Notes: a model not told the origin generated them from the sequence alone. DNA of 64,000 nucleotides from an uncultured Spirochaetota bacterium (GCA_963734495.1 CAVTHK010000011.1:576001-640000); one strand, 5' to 3'. Shown: positions 1-9,790, counted from the stretch's first letter. Program-made: numbers and translations.

Positions 1-536
1 AGGTGCATCGCCGCCGAGATGGCGACGATCAGCAGGAAGAGGAGCGGAACCGGCCCGAGCTTGATGTTCACGAAGGCCGCAAGCGCCGGCGGAGGCTTGA
101 TCTGCAGCCCCCGGAAAAAGACGATCGAGACGGTCTGGACGATGAAGCCCGAAGCCATGGTCGCGATCATGGGCGGGATCCGCAGGAGCCTGATCAGGCC
201 GAAGTTGAAGGCGCCGATCGCGACGCCCGCGGCGAGGCCGGCGAGCAGCCCCCACGCGATGTTGCCGTCGACCGCGTTCATGGCCTTCATGGCAACGAAC
301 CCGGTGAGCCCGATCGTGTAGGGGACCGAGAGGTCGATGTTCCCGGCGCCGAGAGTGATCACGAGCATCTGCCCGATGCCGACGAGCGTGAAGAAGGAGG
401 CGAAGCTCGCCGACGCGGTGAGCGTCCCCGTGGCATCCGCGGAGACGAGCGCGATCACGGCATAGACGACCACCACGCCGACGTAGGACCAGACCCATCG
501 GGTGGCGAGGACCTCGGACAAACGACCGTTAAGCAT
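1..536 (-). CDS. Sugar ABC transporter permease (RbsC/BPD_transp_2 family), 3' end outside the window
   Basis: Reverse strand reads MLNGRLSEVLATRWVWSYVGVVVVYAVI...GIGQMLVITLGAGNIDLSVP. The ATG at 534-536 overlaps the stop of the upstream permease. It is absent from the ORF track because it runs off the edge. Confidence 0.85.
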   Translation of the reverse strand, partial: MLNGRLSEVLATRWVWSYVGVVVVYAVIALVSADATGTLTASASFASFFTLVGIGQMLVITLGAGNIDLSVPYTIGLTGFVAMKAMNAVDGNIAWGLLAGLAAGVAIGAFNFGLIRLLRIPPMIATMASGFIVQTVSIVFFRGLQIKPPPALAAFVNIKLGPVPLLFLLIVAISAAMH

Positions 537-1485
537 ACCTGGCCTTTCGCGAAGGCTTGACGATGCCGTTCAGGAAAAGGACGAGGAGCAGGATAAAGCC
601 CTGCGATCCGATCTGCCAGTCCGGCGAGACCTTGAGGAACGTCAGGAGCGTTCCGAGCAGCGTCATCGTGCACGCCCCGAGGACCGCTCCCACGGCGGAG
701 ACCTTGCCGCCGGCAAAGGAGCCGCCGCCGAGCATGACGCCCGCCACGCACAGCAGCGTGTAGTTCGACGCGATGTTCGCGTCCGAGCTCGTCGTGATGC
801 CCGCGAGCGCCATCCCCGAGAGAATGCCGAGGAGCCCCACGAGCCCGAAGATCACCGCCTTGAGCATCGTGATGGAGTGGCCGGACTGCGAGATCGCCTT
901 GACGTTCCCGCCGATTCCCCGAACGAGGATCCCGAAGCCGGTCCTGAAGAGAACGAGGTGGCCGACGACCGCCAGGCCGCCGAGAAAGAGGACCGGCAGC
1001 GGGATGATCGGAGGCACGAGCGATACGGCCTTCTGGAGGACGACGGGGATGTTGCTTCCCGGCGAAGGCTGGATCGTCACGGCCAGGCCCGTCCAGATGA
1101 ACGACATCCCGATGGTGACGACGATCGAGGAGAGCCCCCGCGCCTGCAGCATCGCGCCGATGAACATGTAGACGGCGACGATGCCGGCAAGCAAGGCGAT
1201 CCCCAGCACGGGACGGGCCGGGACCACCACTCCCATGATGCAGGTCACGAGGCTCACGAGATTGCCGATCGAGAAGTCGATCTCTCCGATGGCCATGGCG
1301 AACATCTGGGCCAGCGTCGCCAGGCTGAGCGGGATCGCCATGTTGAGCAGGAGCTGCAGCCCGACGTACTTGAGGACGACCGGGCGGAGAACCGCCAGCG
1401 GGACAAAGATCACCAGCACCGAGAGGATCGGCAGGAACAGGAGCTGGACGTTGCTGCCCCTTCTGATTGCGGCCCACGTAGTCAA
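529..1485 (-). CDS. Sugar ABC transporter permease (RbsC family)
   Basis: Hydrophobic protein with AQMFAMAIGEIDFSIG, GGNVKA and VMLGGGSFAGGK motifs. Confidence 0.9.
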   Translation of the reverse strand: MTTWAAIRRGSNVQLLFLPILSVLVIFVPLAVLRPVVLKYVGLQLLLNMAIPLSLATLAQMFAMAIGEIDFSIGNLVSLVTCIMGVVVPARPVLGIALLAGIVAVYMFIGAMLQARGLSSIVVTIGMSFIWTGLAVTIQPSPGSNIPVVLQKAVSLVPPIIPLPVLFLGGLAVVGHLVLFRTGFGILVRGIGGNVKAISQSGHSITMLKAVIFGLVGLLGILSGMALAGITTSSDANIASNYTLLCVAGVMLGGGSFAGGKVSAVGAVLGACTMTLLGTLLTFLKVSPDWQIGSQGFILLLVLFLNGIVKPSRKARYA

Positions 1486-1521
1486 GCGCTCATGCTCCTC
1501 TGAGGACCCGTCACGGACGGG

Positions 1522-2982
1522 TCAGAACGAAGACTTCAGGACGTCTTCTTCAGTGGCCTCGTCTCCCGAGAGCTCCGCGATGATGCTGCCCGACTTGAAG
1601 ACGTAGATCCGATCGCAGTACTTGAGCTCATCCATCTCCGTCGTGTACCAGACGAAGCTGCGGCCCTCGCGGCTTTCCTCCAGGATGAGCCTGTAAATCT
1701 CTTCCTTGGTGCCGACGTCCACACCGCGCGTCGGGTCGTCCATGAGAACGAGGGGCGACCTGGCCTCGAGGCAGCGGGCGAAGAGCACCTTTTGCTGGTT
1801 GCCGCCGCTCAGGCTCATGATCCCCCGCGTGACCGAATCCGTCCTGATGTCGATCGCCTGTTTCCACTTCTCGGCGACGGCCTTTTCCTTTTTCACGTCG
1901 ATGAGCAGCAGCCGCTTGATCTGCTCGTAGACCTGGAGCGTGATGTTCTTCGCGATCGACCAGACCGGGAAGATCCCGTCCGACTGACGGTCGCCGGGAA
2001 CGAACGTGACCGGGCCCTTGATCCGGTACTCCCCGTTGTTGCGGTAGTCGAAGAGGTCCAGGAGGAGCTGGGTCTGGCCGTGCCCGGCCAGCCCCGTCAG
2101 GCCCACGATCTCCCCCTCGTGCACCCTGATGCGGAGCCGGTCGCCGTCCGACGCGGGCTCGATCACCAGCTGGGTGTTCTCGAACGCGCCGTTGTGACGA
2201 TGGGCGCTCTCAGCGGCCTCCCCGGCGTCCTTGATGAGCCGCGCCTCGCCCATGAGCTCGATGATCTTCTCCCGCGAGGCATCCCTGGTTTCGAGGATGC
2301 CGACGTTCAAGCCGTCCTTGAGGACCGCGATGCGGCTGGTGCAGGCGAGCACCTCGTCGAGCAGGTGGGAGATGTAGATGACGCTGAGAGGCTCGCCGCG
2401 AAGCGAGTTGATGTAGTCGATGAGCTGCCCGGTCGTGTGGTGGTCCAGGGCGCTGGTAGGCTCGTCCAGGATGACTAGCCTCAGGGCAGTCTCGACCGTG
2501 GAAAAGGCCTTGGCGATCTCGACGATCTGCCGGTCGCCCAGCGACAGGTCCTCGACGACATCGGTCGCCCGGACGCCGTGGCCCGGGAAGATCCGGTCCA
2601 TCGTCTGCATGATCATCTTCCCGGCCGCCTTCTGCCAGCCGAAGCCGCCCAGGCCGGGATGGAAGACGCGCATGTTCTCGACGACCGACAGGTTCGGGCA
2701 CAGGCTCAGCTCCTGGAAGACGGCCCGGATCCCGAGCGCGTTGGCCGCGTGCACGTCGTAGTCGGCCCTCAAGGGGGTGCCGTCGACGAGGACGCTTCCC
2801 GACGTCTGGTGATAGGTGCCCGTGAGGATGTTCACGAGCGTGGACTTGCCCGCGCCATTGTGACCGACGATCCCGAGGGTCTCGCCATCGTAGATCGACA
2901 GGCTCACATCGTTGAGAGCATGAGAGTGGACGAAGAACTTGTTGACGCCCTTCAGGTCTACGATCGCATTTTTGAGATTCAT
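1522..2982 (-). CDS. Sugar ABC transporter ATP-binding protein (RbsA/MglA type, two NBDs)
   Basis: Walker A GHNGAGKST, LDEPT and a second-domain signature LSGGNQQK. Confidence 0.95.
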   Translation of the reverse strand: MNLKNAIVDLKGVNKFFVHSHALNDVSLSIYDGETLGIVGHNGAGKSTLVNILTGTYHQTSGSVLVDGTPLRADYDVHAANALGIRAVFQELSLCPNLSVVENMRVFHPGLGGFGWQKAAGKMIMQTMDRIFPGHGVRATDVVEDLSLGDRQIVEIAKAFSTVETALRLVILDEPTSALDHHTTGQLIDYINSLRGEPLSVIYISHLLDEVLACTSRIAVLKDGLNVGILETRDASREKIIELMGEARLIKDAGEAAESAHRHNGAFENTQLVIEPASDGDRLRIRVHEGEIVGLTGLAGHGQTQLLLDLFDYRNNGEYRIKGPVTFVPGDRQSDGIFPVWSIAKNITLQVYEQIKRLLLIDVKKEKAVAEKWKQAIDIRTDSVTRGIMSLSGGNQQKVLFARCLEARSPLVLMDDPTRGVDVGTKEEIYRLILEESREGRSFVWYTTEMDELKYCDRIYVFKSGSIIAELSGDEATEEDVLKSSF

Positions 2983-3003
2983 CGGGTGCCGACGGAAAGC
3001 GAA

Positions 3004-3035
3004 GCGATCCCGCCCGGCTGCCCGGGCGGGATCGC
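3004..3035. terminator. GC-rich hairpin between the binding-protein and ATPase genes (mRNA stabiliser or attenuator)
   Basis: Inverted repeat GCGATCCCGCCCGG-ctgc-CCGGGCGGGATCGC. Confidence 0.55.
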
Positions 3036-3079
3036 CCGCAGGTTCGCTGCTCTTGCCGCGCCGGCCCCCCTGGGGGGGC

Positions 3080-4156
3080 TTACTTGATCGGGTCCGGCGG
3101 CGCCGGCTTTCCGGCCTTGGCGTTCGCGATCAGCTCCTGCACCCACGACTGCGGGTAGGGGATCGTGGCCACTCCACCCTTTTCCGTATTCGCCAGGAAG
3201 TAGTCGAGCTTGTCCAGGGGAATCGACAGGGGCGGCAGCTTGATCTCCTTGGGCACGTCCTTGCCGTTGAGCACTTCGACGGCGACCCAGAACGCGATCT
3301 GCACCGCGCTCGGCGATATGGTGATCGAAGTGGTCTTGTACCCGCCGGGGGTCTTGTCGTTCAGCTCCTTCCAGATGGCCAGCTCGTCGTACCGGTTGCC
3401 CATGATGACCATCGGCAGGGGCCTGCCGGCCGCCTGGAACGCCTTGACCGCGCCGTACCCGTCACCGCCCTGGTCCACCACTGCGTCGATCTTGGGAAGC
3501 GAAGGCAGGATGCCGGCCACCGCTTTCTGTGCGGTCGCCTGGTCCCAGTTGCCGTAGACTTCGCCGACGACCTTGAGCCCGGGGTAGCTCTTGAGCCCGG
3601 ACACGATGCCGCCGTGGATCGCGTCGTTGACGTAAGTGCCCGCGAGGCCGCGGATCTCGAGGAGGTTGCCGGTCGTGCCGAAGTTCTTCGCGATGTACTC
3701 GACCTCGGTCCGTCCGTAGTAGTCGAAGTCGGTGAGCAGCCGGTACGCCCCGGGGTTCGTCACCGCGTTGTCGAACGAGATCACGGGGATCTTGGCGGCA
3801 ATCGCCTTGTCGATCGCCGCGTTCAGCGCCGTCGGCGAGGCGGCGTTGATCACGATCGCGTTGTACCCTTCGAGGATCAGGTTCTGCAGCTGCGCGGCCT
3901 GCTCGGCTGCCGAGCTCTCGTTGGTCGTGAACGCGGGGCCATCGGCGATGATGCCGGCGGCCTTGGCCCCGTCGGTGACGGACTTCCAGTCCCGAAGCAT
4001 CTGCTGCCGCCACGAGTTGGCGGCGTAATCGTTGCTGAGCGCTATGCGCCATTTGCCCGGTTGCGTTCCAGCCGCGCTCTTTTCCCCGCCGCCGCTCGCG
4101 AACACCATCGCGGCGACCAGCAGGAGACCCGCGGTCAGGACGAGCACCTTTCTCAT
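3080..4156 (-). CDS. Sugar ABC transporter substrate-binding protein (Peripla_BP_4)
   Basis: Signal peptide MRKVLVLTAGLLLVAAMVFASGGGEK, then IALSNDYAANSWRQQM and IPVISFD. RBS GGAGGAG lies upstream. Confidence 0.93.
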   Translation of the reverse strand: MRKVLVLTAGLLLVAAMVFASGGGEKSAAGTQPGKWRIALSNDYAANSWRQQMLRDWKSVTDGAKAAGIIADGPAFTTNESSAAEQAAQLQNLILEGYNAIVINAASPTALNAAIDKAIAAKIPVISFDNAVTNPGAYRLLTDFDYYGRTEVEYIAKNFGTTGNLLEIRGLAGTYVNDAIHGGIVSGLKSYPGLKVVGEVYGNWDQATAQKAVAGILPSLPKIDAVVDQGGDGYGAVKAFQAAGRPLPMVIMGNRYDELAIWKELNDKTPGGYKTTSITISPSAVQIAFWVAVEVLNGKDVPKEIKLPPLSIPLDKLDYFLANTEKGGVATIPYPQSWVQELIANAKAGKPAPPDPIK

Positions 4157-4202
4157 TTATGACTCCTCCTGTCCGAGACACTTCCGGCCTCGGACCGCAG
4201 CA

Positions 4203-4242
4203 AAGTTATTGCTGACGCCCCACCGAGTCAACATGAGTTGAC
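4203..4242 (-). promoter_or_regulatory. Putative sigma-70 promoter of the ABC operon with an overlapping palindromic operator
   Basis: Minus strand TTGACT-N17-TAACTT (4231-4203). The inverted repeat GTCAAC-ATGA-GTTGAC (4227-4242) covers the -35 box. Confidence 0.55.
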
Positions 4243-4298
4243 CTGGCCGGAGCGCGCGGCCCGCCCGGGGGAGCGCCGGCGGGGCGCCGCGCTCCGGA

Positions 4299-5012
4299 TC
4301 AGTCGTTCTTTGTCACGAGGTCGGGATAGGTCTTCTGCAGATCCGCGATCTTCGGCAGATCCCAGTAGACGATGTACGGATAGTCGGGGTTCTTGTCGAG
4401 GAAGTGCTGGTGATACTCCTCGGCGGCGTAGAACGCCGGGAGCGGCACCACCTGGGTCACGATCGGCTTCGAGAACACCTTTGCATCGCCCAGGACCCCG
4501 ACGTAGTCATCGGCGGTCTTCTTCTGCTCCGGGCTCGTGTAGAAGAGCGCCGACCGGTACTGCGTGCCGTGATCGGGACCCTGGTAGTTCAGCTCGGTCG
4601 GGTCGCACACGACCGAAAAGAAGACCTTGAGCAGGGTCCCGTAGCTGATCACCGAAGGGTCGAACGTGACCTCGACCGACTCCGCGTGCCCCGTCGTGCC
4701 GCTGCTCACGATCTCGTAGATCGCGGTGTCGGCGCTGCCGCCCGCATAGCCGGCCGCCGTGTCCTTGACGCCCTTGAGGCGCTCGAACACGCCCTGCACG
4801 CCCCAGAAACAGCCGCCCGCGAAAACCGCCTTCTCCAGGCGTGGGCTCGCCGTCACGCTCGCCTGCATCGCGCCTTGCGGCGCCGGGGGATCCGGAAACT
4901 GGCGGCTCGCCCCCGCCGGCGGGCCCTTCGACTGGGCCGCGCAGCCAACCGCGAGCGCGAGTGTGGCGCCAACGACTATTACATTGCGCAGTGCGCGGCG
5001 TGCTGCATTCAT
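4299..5012 (-). CDS. msrA: Peptide methionine-S-sulfoxide reductase MsrA with a lipoprotein-type signal
   Basis: FAGGCFWG active site, TGHAESV and AEEYHQ. The N-terminal hydrophobic stretch ends in LAVGC. Confidence 0.95.
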   Translation of the reverse strand: MNAARRALRNVIVVGATLALAVGCAAQSKGPPAGASRQFPDPPAPQGAMQASVTASPRLEKAVFAGGCFWGVQGVFERLKGVKDTAAGYAGGSADTAIYEIVSSGTTGHAESVEVTFDPSVISYGTLLKVFFSVVCDPTELNYQGPDHGTQYRSALFYTSPEQKKTADDYVGVLGDAKVFSKPIVTQVVPLPAFYAAEEYHQHFLDKNPDYPYIVYWDLPKIADLQKTYPDLVTKND

Positions 5013-5075
5013 GTTCGCCTCCCCGCAGCAGAATTGTCCGACAAAGTTAGTCAGGAACGAGCCGGGAGGATAGGG

Positions 5076-5273
5076 GTGCCGGTCAAGGCCTATCGCATCG
5101 AGGCGCTGCAGGACGGCGCCTGGTCGGTCGCGGCCCGCGTCGCGGACAACTATCGCAGGCGAAGGATCCATAGGCTCGACGGCGCGCTGCTCACTCGCGA
5201 GCTCCGCGTCGTGATCGAGGAGACCTGGGGAAGCGAGACGGCGCGGGTGTTCGCGGTGCGGGCCTTCGCCTGA
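5076..5273 (+). CDS. Small ORF (65 aa) resembling a discoidin/galactose-binding-like C-terminal module; possibly a gene remnant
   Basis: GGAGG RBS followed by GTG; reads VPVKAYRIEALQDGAWSVAARVADNYRRRRIHRLDG...LRVVIEETWGSETARVFAVRAFA. Confidence 0.5.
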   Translation: MPVKAYRIEALQDGAWSVAARVADNYRRRRIHRLDGALLTRELRVVIEETWGSETARVFAVRAFA

Positions 5274-5283
5274 CCTGCGGCGG

Positions 5284-6207
5284 TCAGCGCCGCGGGCCGG
5301 GGAGGGCGCCGCGCGTCGCGGTCTGCAGGCGGTAGACGCTCGTGCGGGCGGTCAGGAACAGGACGCCGCCGTCCTCGCCCCAGGCCAGGTTCGCGGGCAG
5401 CTCCGGCAGGAGGATGCGCCCGAGCAGCCTGCCGCCGCGGTCGCAGACCCACACGCCGCCCGGCCCCGTGCAGAAGACGTTCCCCTGGAGATCCACCTTG
5501 AGGCCGTCGGCCACGCCGGGGTCCGCGGAGGCCATGTCCAGAAAGACCCGTGTCCGCCGCAGCCTCCCGTCCCCATCGACGTCGAACGCGCGGATGTGCG
5601 CGCGCGCCGAATCGTCCACGTAGAGCACGGACTCGTCGGGCGAGAACGCAAGCCCGTTCGGCAGCGCAAAGTCGTCCGCGAGGAGCTCGAGCTCCCCGTC
5701 GGGGGCGAGCCGGTACACGCCGTTGCAGGCGAGCTCCTTGCCCGGGATCGGGGCGGACCACCAGTTCGCGGGCCTCGCCATCCCCGGCGTGCTCGGCTGC
5801 ACGGCGTACGGCGGGTCCGTGAAATAGATCGAGCCGTCGGACTTGACGACGATGTCGTTGGGACTGTTCAGGCGCTTGCCCTGGAAACGCTCCGCCACCA
5901 CCGCGCGCGTGCCGTCGTCCGCGACGCGGGTGACGCGCCGGCCGCCGTGCTCCGCCGCGAGGACCCGCCCCTGCAGGTCCAGCGTCAGCCCGTTGGAGTG
6001 GCCGGTCGCCCACGTGGTCAGCTCCGGCCCCTCGGGGAGGCGCCGCCAGCGGGCGATCCGGTTGTTCCGGATGTCGCTGAAGAGCAGGTGGGTGCCGCGC
6101 CACAGCGGCCCCTCGGTGAACGCGAGGCCGCCCGCGATCCGCTCGGCGGAGGCGTCGGGCGGGACCAGGGCGTGAAGTGCAGGACTGCGAACCTCGAGCA
6201 GCGACAT
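5284..6207 (-). CDS. SMP-30/gluconolactonase/LRE family protein
   Basis: FTEGPLW, SNGLT, RLNSPND, YFTDPPY, PNGLAFSPDE and DGLKVD motifs. RBS GAGGAGG precedes the ATG at 6207. Confidence 0.95.
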   Translation of the reverse strand: MSLLEVRSPALHALVPPDASAERIAGGLAFTEGPLWRGTHLLFSDIRNNRIARWRRLPEGPELTTWATGHSNGLTLDLQGRVLAAEHGGRRVTRVADDGTRAVVAERFQGKRLNSPNDIVVKSDGSIYFTDPPYAVQPSTPGMARPANWWSAPIPGKELACNGVYRLAPDGELELLADDFALPNGLAFSPDESVLYVDDSARAHIRAFDVDGDGRLRRTRVFLDMASADPGVADGLKVDLQGNVFCTGPGGVWVCDRGGRLLGRILLPELPANLAWGEDGGVLFLTARTSVYRLQTATRGALPGPRR

Positions 6208-6330
6208 CGGGCCTCCTCGAGCGGCCGCGCTCGCGCGGGCGCCCGCACCAGTGTACACCCGCGGGCGGTAGATTAACCGTTGCCGGCCTGGCAAGGGACC
6301 TGGCGCGGACGCCAGGTCCAGGGAGGAGCG

Positions 6331-7725
6331 ATGGCTGAACGTTTTGTTGCGATGCAGGTGGGCGCCGTGTCCTTTGTCGACGAAGGCGTGGGCCGGGTGC
6401 TCGATACCCTGCGGGAGAAGGGCGGCGTCAACGCCCTGTTCCTGGCGACGCCGACGTGGACACGCGGCACGGGAGGGAGGCAGATCCCCGGCGTCCCGGT
6501 GCCCGACCACGGCGCGCGGGAGCACGACCTGGACTGGCGCGGCGGCAACTACGCCACCGTGCACCCGCAGTACTACGGCGGCACGATGCTGGGGGCGGCC
6601 GGCCGCGCGCCCGAGCACCCGGAGTGGGACATCTTCGAAGCGGTGCTGCCCGAGGCGAAGCGGCGGGGCATGAAGAGCGTGGCCTGGATCGAGGAGTCCT
6701 CTTACGCGCAGGAGCTGCGCAGCTACGCGAACTTCCCCAAGTGCCTCGAGACCGACCCGTTCGGCCGGCCGGTGGGCACCTTCTGCTTCAACAATCCCGA
6801 CTATCGCACGTGGCACCTGTCCATCATCGAAGACTACGCCAAGAGCTACGATCTCGACGGGATCGCCTGGTGCTCGGAGCGGCCGGGCCCCCTGAACCAG
6901 CTCATCCAGGGCCACGGAACGATGGGCCGCTTTGCGCTCTCCTGCTTCTGCCCCCACTGCCGCGCGAAGGCAAAGGAGCGCGGCATCGACGCGCGGCGCG
7001 CCATCCAAGGCTACCGCCGGGGCATCGAGTGGAGCGAGGCCGTCGCGGCGGGCAACATCCCCTCCGACGGCGCCTTCGTCACCTTCTGGCGGCTGCTTCT
7101 GCAGTACCCCGAGATGCTGGCATGGCAGACCCTGTGGACGGACAGCCAGTGGCAGATGTACCGCGACATCTACGGCGTGGCCAAGGCGTGCAAGCCCGGG
7201 CTCCAGGTGGGCTGGCACGTGTACCACAACATCTCGTTCAGCCCCTTCTACCGCGCCGACCAGGACTACGACGAGCTCTCGCGGTTCTCGGACTTCATCA
7301 AGGTGGTGGCCTACAACAACGTGGCCGGCCCGCGCTTCCACGACTGGGTGAGCGCCATCTGCAGGAGCCTGTTCGCCGACGCGACGCCGGCCGAGGTCTA
7401 CCCGCTGATGCTCAAGCTGCTCAAGCTCGAGGAGAGCGACTTCGACGGGCTGCCGGCGGCCGGGTTCTCGGCCGACTACGTGCGGCGCGAGACCGTGCGC
7501 GCGCTCGCCGCCGTCAAGGGCCGCTGCCGCATCTACCCCGGGATCGACATCGACATCCCGACCCCGAAGCTGGACCAGACGAAATGCACCCGCGACGGGG
7601 TCAAGGCCGCCGTGCTCGCGGCGTTCGAGGGCGGAGCGCACGGCGTCGTCCTCAGCCGCAAGTACTCCGAGATGAAGCTCGAGAACCTGGCCGGCGCAGG
7701 AGACGCCCTGCGCCAACTCGGTTAG
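6331..7725 (+). CDS. Conserved hypothetical TIM-barrel protein, glycoside-hydrolase-like, with a CxCxxC metal site
   Basis: RBS GGAGG. Contains CFNNPDYR, YDLDGI, SCFCPHCR, IYPGIDIDIP and GVVLSRKYSEM; codon usage is GC3-rich. Confidence 0.65.
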   Translation: MAERFVAMQVGAVSFVDEGVGRVLDTLREKGGVNALFLATPTWTRGTGGRQIPGVPVPDHGAREHDLDWRGGNYATVHPQYYGGTMLGAAGRAPEHPEWDIFEAVLPEAKRRGMKSVAWIEESSYAQELRSYANFPKCLETDPFGRPVGTFCFNNPDYRTWHLSIIEDYAKSYDLDGIAWCSERPGPLNQLIQGHGTMGRFALSCFCPHCRAKAKERGIDARRAIQGYRRGIEWSEAVAAGNIPSDGAFVTFWRLLLQYPEMLAWQTLWTDSQWQMYRDIYGVAKACKPGLQVGWHVYHNISFSPFYRADQDYDELSRFSDFIKVVAYNNVAGPRFHDWVSAICRSLFADATPAEVYPLMLKLLKLEESDFDGLPAAGFSADYVRRETVRALAAVKGRCRIYPGIDIDIPTPKLDQTKCTRDGVKAAVLAAFEGGAHGVVLSRKYSEMKLENLAGAGDALRQLG

Positions 7726-7737
7726 GTCGGCCATGAA

Positions 7738-8829
7738 ATGAACAAAATTGAAGTCGTCCGTGCGCGGATGGCGAGCCAGGGGCTTGGGGCGCGGGTCGAG
7801 GCGGCCGACCCGGCCGAGGTCGTCAGGCGGCTGGGCGCGGTGCAGGCGCAGGACTACCTCGGGGGCCTGTGGGCGGTCGCGCTGCGCGCAGGGGCGGCCG
7901 GCGAAGCGGACGTGGAGGCGGCGCTGGCCCGCGGCTCGATCGTGCGCACCTGGCCCATGCGGGGCACGCTGCACCTCGTGGCCGCCGAGGACGCGCGCTG
8001 GATGCTGGCGCTGCTCGCGCCGCGCGTGGTGGCCGCGAGCGCCGCGCGCGAGCGGCAGCTCGGCCTCGACGCCGCGGTGCATGCGCGCGGCCGCAGGGCG
8101 CTCGCGGCCGCGCTGCGCGGCGGCAACCGGCTCACGCGGCTCGAGACCTATCGCGTGCTGGAGCGGGCCCGCATCCGCACGGCGGGGCAGCGCGGGTACC
8201 ACGTCCTCTGGCGGCTCGCGCACGAGGGGCTCATCTGCTTCGGGCCGCGGGAGGGCAAGCAGCAGACCTTCGTGCTTCTCGACGAATGGCTGCCCGGCGG
8301 CCGGACGCTCGCCGGCGACGAGGCTCTCGCGGAGCTCGCGGCGCGCTACTTCGCGGGTCATGGGCCGGCGACACTGCAGGACTTCGCGTGGTGGTCCGGG
8401 CTTCCCGCGGCCGAGGCGCGCGCCGCCCTCGAGCTCGCGAAGCCGCGTCTCGCCGAAGAGGACGGGCGGGGCCGCAGCCTGTGGCTCGCGCGCAGCGGCC
8501 CCGGCACCGTGCCGGCGGCCGGCCGCTCGCCGCGGGGTGCCTTCCTTTTACCTCCCTTCGACGAGCTCCTGGTGGGCTACGCGGACCGGAGCGACGTCGT
8601 CGATTCGGAAGACGGCGCGACGGTGTCGAGCCTTCTGAGGCCCGCCGTGCTCCTGCGCGACCACGTCGCCGGGACCTGGAGGCGCGCGATCAGAGACGAC
8701 AAGGTGGTGATCAGCGTGAGCCGTTTCGCGGAGCCCCGGCCGTCCGACGCGCGCGCGCTGGCCGCGGCGGCCGCCCGGTACGGCCAGTTCCTCGGAAAGA
8801 CAGCGGCGCTCGCCCGCTCGCGGTCGTAG
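7738..8829 (+). CDS. AlkZ/YcaQ-family (HTH_42) winged-helix DNA glycosylase
   Basis: VQAQDY (QxQ motif), VRTWPMRGTLHLV, HGPATLQDFAWWSGL and LLPPFDELLVGY. Confidence 0.9.
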   Translation: MNKIEVVRARMASQGLGARVEAADPAEVVRRLGAVQAQDYLGGLWAVALRAGAAGEADVEAALARGSIVRTWPMRGTLHLVAAEDARWMLALLAPRVVAASAARERQLGLDAAVHARGRRALAAALRGGNRLTRLETYRVLERARIRTAGQRGYHVLWRLAHEGLICFGPREGKQQTFVLLDEWLPGGRTLAGDEALAELAARYFAGHGPATLQDFAWWSGLPAAEARAALELAKPRLAEEDGRGRSLWLARSGPGTVPAAGRSPRGAFLLPPFDELLVGYADRSDVVDSEDGATVSSLLRPAVLLRDHVAGTWRRAIRDDKVVISVSRFAEPRPSDARALAAAAARYGQFLGKTAALARSRS

Positions 8830-8871
8830 TCTCGCGCCGCAGCGAATACGTCCTTATACTGGGGCGTGGCC

Positions 8872-9645
8872 ATGAAATTCGCGATCGAGCTTCATCGCTG
8901 GTTCGAGGGAGGCCTGGACCGGCGGATCTTCGGCGGGCGGCCGCCGGCCTGGTCCCCGCGGCTCGCCTTCACCCTCGAGAACCTGGTCCTGATGCTGGGC
9001 GTCTTCTATTTCCTGCTGAACACCCTTGCGTACAACTGGACCGGGTCCCTCTATGCCCCCGGCACGGGATTCAGGCTCGACCGGGTGTTCGGGGGCCTCG
9101 ACGACCGCATCCCGTTCGTTCCCGAGATGGCGATCTTCTACCTGTACCTCTTTTACCCGATGGCGACGATTTCCCTTGTCTATTTCTGCTTCGTCGAAGC
9201 CGAGAAGGGGTATGCGCTGGGCTGGGCGCTCGTGATCCTCAATTTCGCAGCGGCGGTCGTCCACGCCGTCTTCCCGGTCTCGACGTACTGGTACCGCGTC
9301 GAGCTGCTCGCCCATCCGCGGTCCGGCTTCTGGGCGGACGCCATGTACCGCGTCTATGCCACCGACACTTCGTTCAACTGCTTCCCGAGCCTGCACGCCG
9401 CGGTGGCCGCGGCGATCGCGTTCACCTGGTATCGGTACGCGCGCGCGAAACGCTCCGCGGTGCGGGCTGCGATCGCCGCCGCCGCGGCCGTGATCGCCGT
9501 CGGCGTCGTGCTGTCGACGCTGTTCGTGCGGCAGCACTACATAGCCGACGAGATCGCGGGCGTCCTCCTCGGCGTCGGCTCCACGAAGCTCGCGATCGAC
9601 GGCCTGTGGAAGAAGCCGGGCCGCGTCACCCCCCGCCCTCAGTGA
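8872..9645 (+). CDS. PAP2-superfamily membrane phosphoesterase (Aur1/IPC-synthase-like branch)
   Basis: Multiple TM segments with LDDRIPFVP, NCFPSLH and STLFVRQHYIAD. Confidence 0.85.
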   Translation: MKFAIELHRWFEGGLDRRIFGGRPPAWSPRLAFTLENLVLMLGVFYFLLNTLAYNWTGSLYAPGTGFRLDRVFGGLDDRIPFVPEMAIFYLYLFYPMATISLVYFCFVEAEKGYALGWALVILNFAAAVVHAVFPVSTYWYRVELLAHPRSGFWADAMYRVYATDTSFNCFPSLHAAVAAAIAFTWYRYARAKRSAVRAAIAAAAAVIAVGVVLSTLFVRQHYIADEIAGVLLGVGSTKLAIDGLWKKPGRVTPRPQ

Positions 9646-9790
9646 TGCCGGCGGAAACGGAGCGCCGGCGCGAAGGACGCTTCGCACTCGCCGGGCGTTG
9701 ACGATGGGTGCCGCACATAGCGAATTTGAGAACGTTGCGCGCAGACGGGCCCTGACCTGGCCGCGCCTCATTTCCCCCTGGAGGGATCCG

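Noticed and set aside
5284-8361. 1025-aa minus-strand ORF
   Set aside because: Only the last 307 aa (SMP-30) are real. The rest is the antisense shadow of plus-strand genes in GC-rich DNA.
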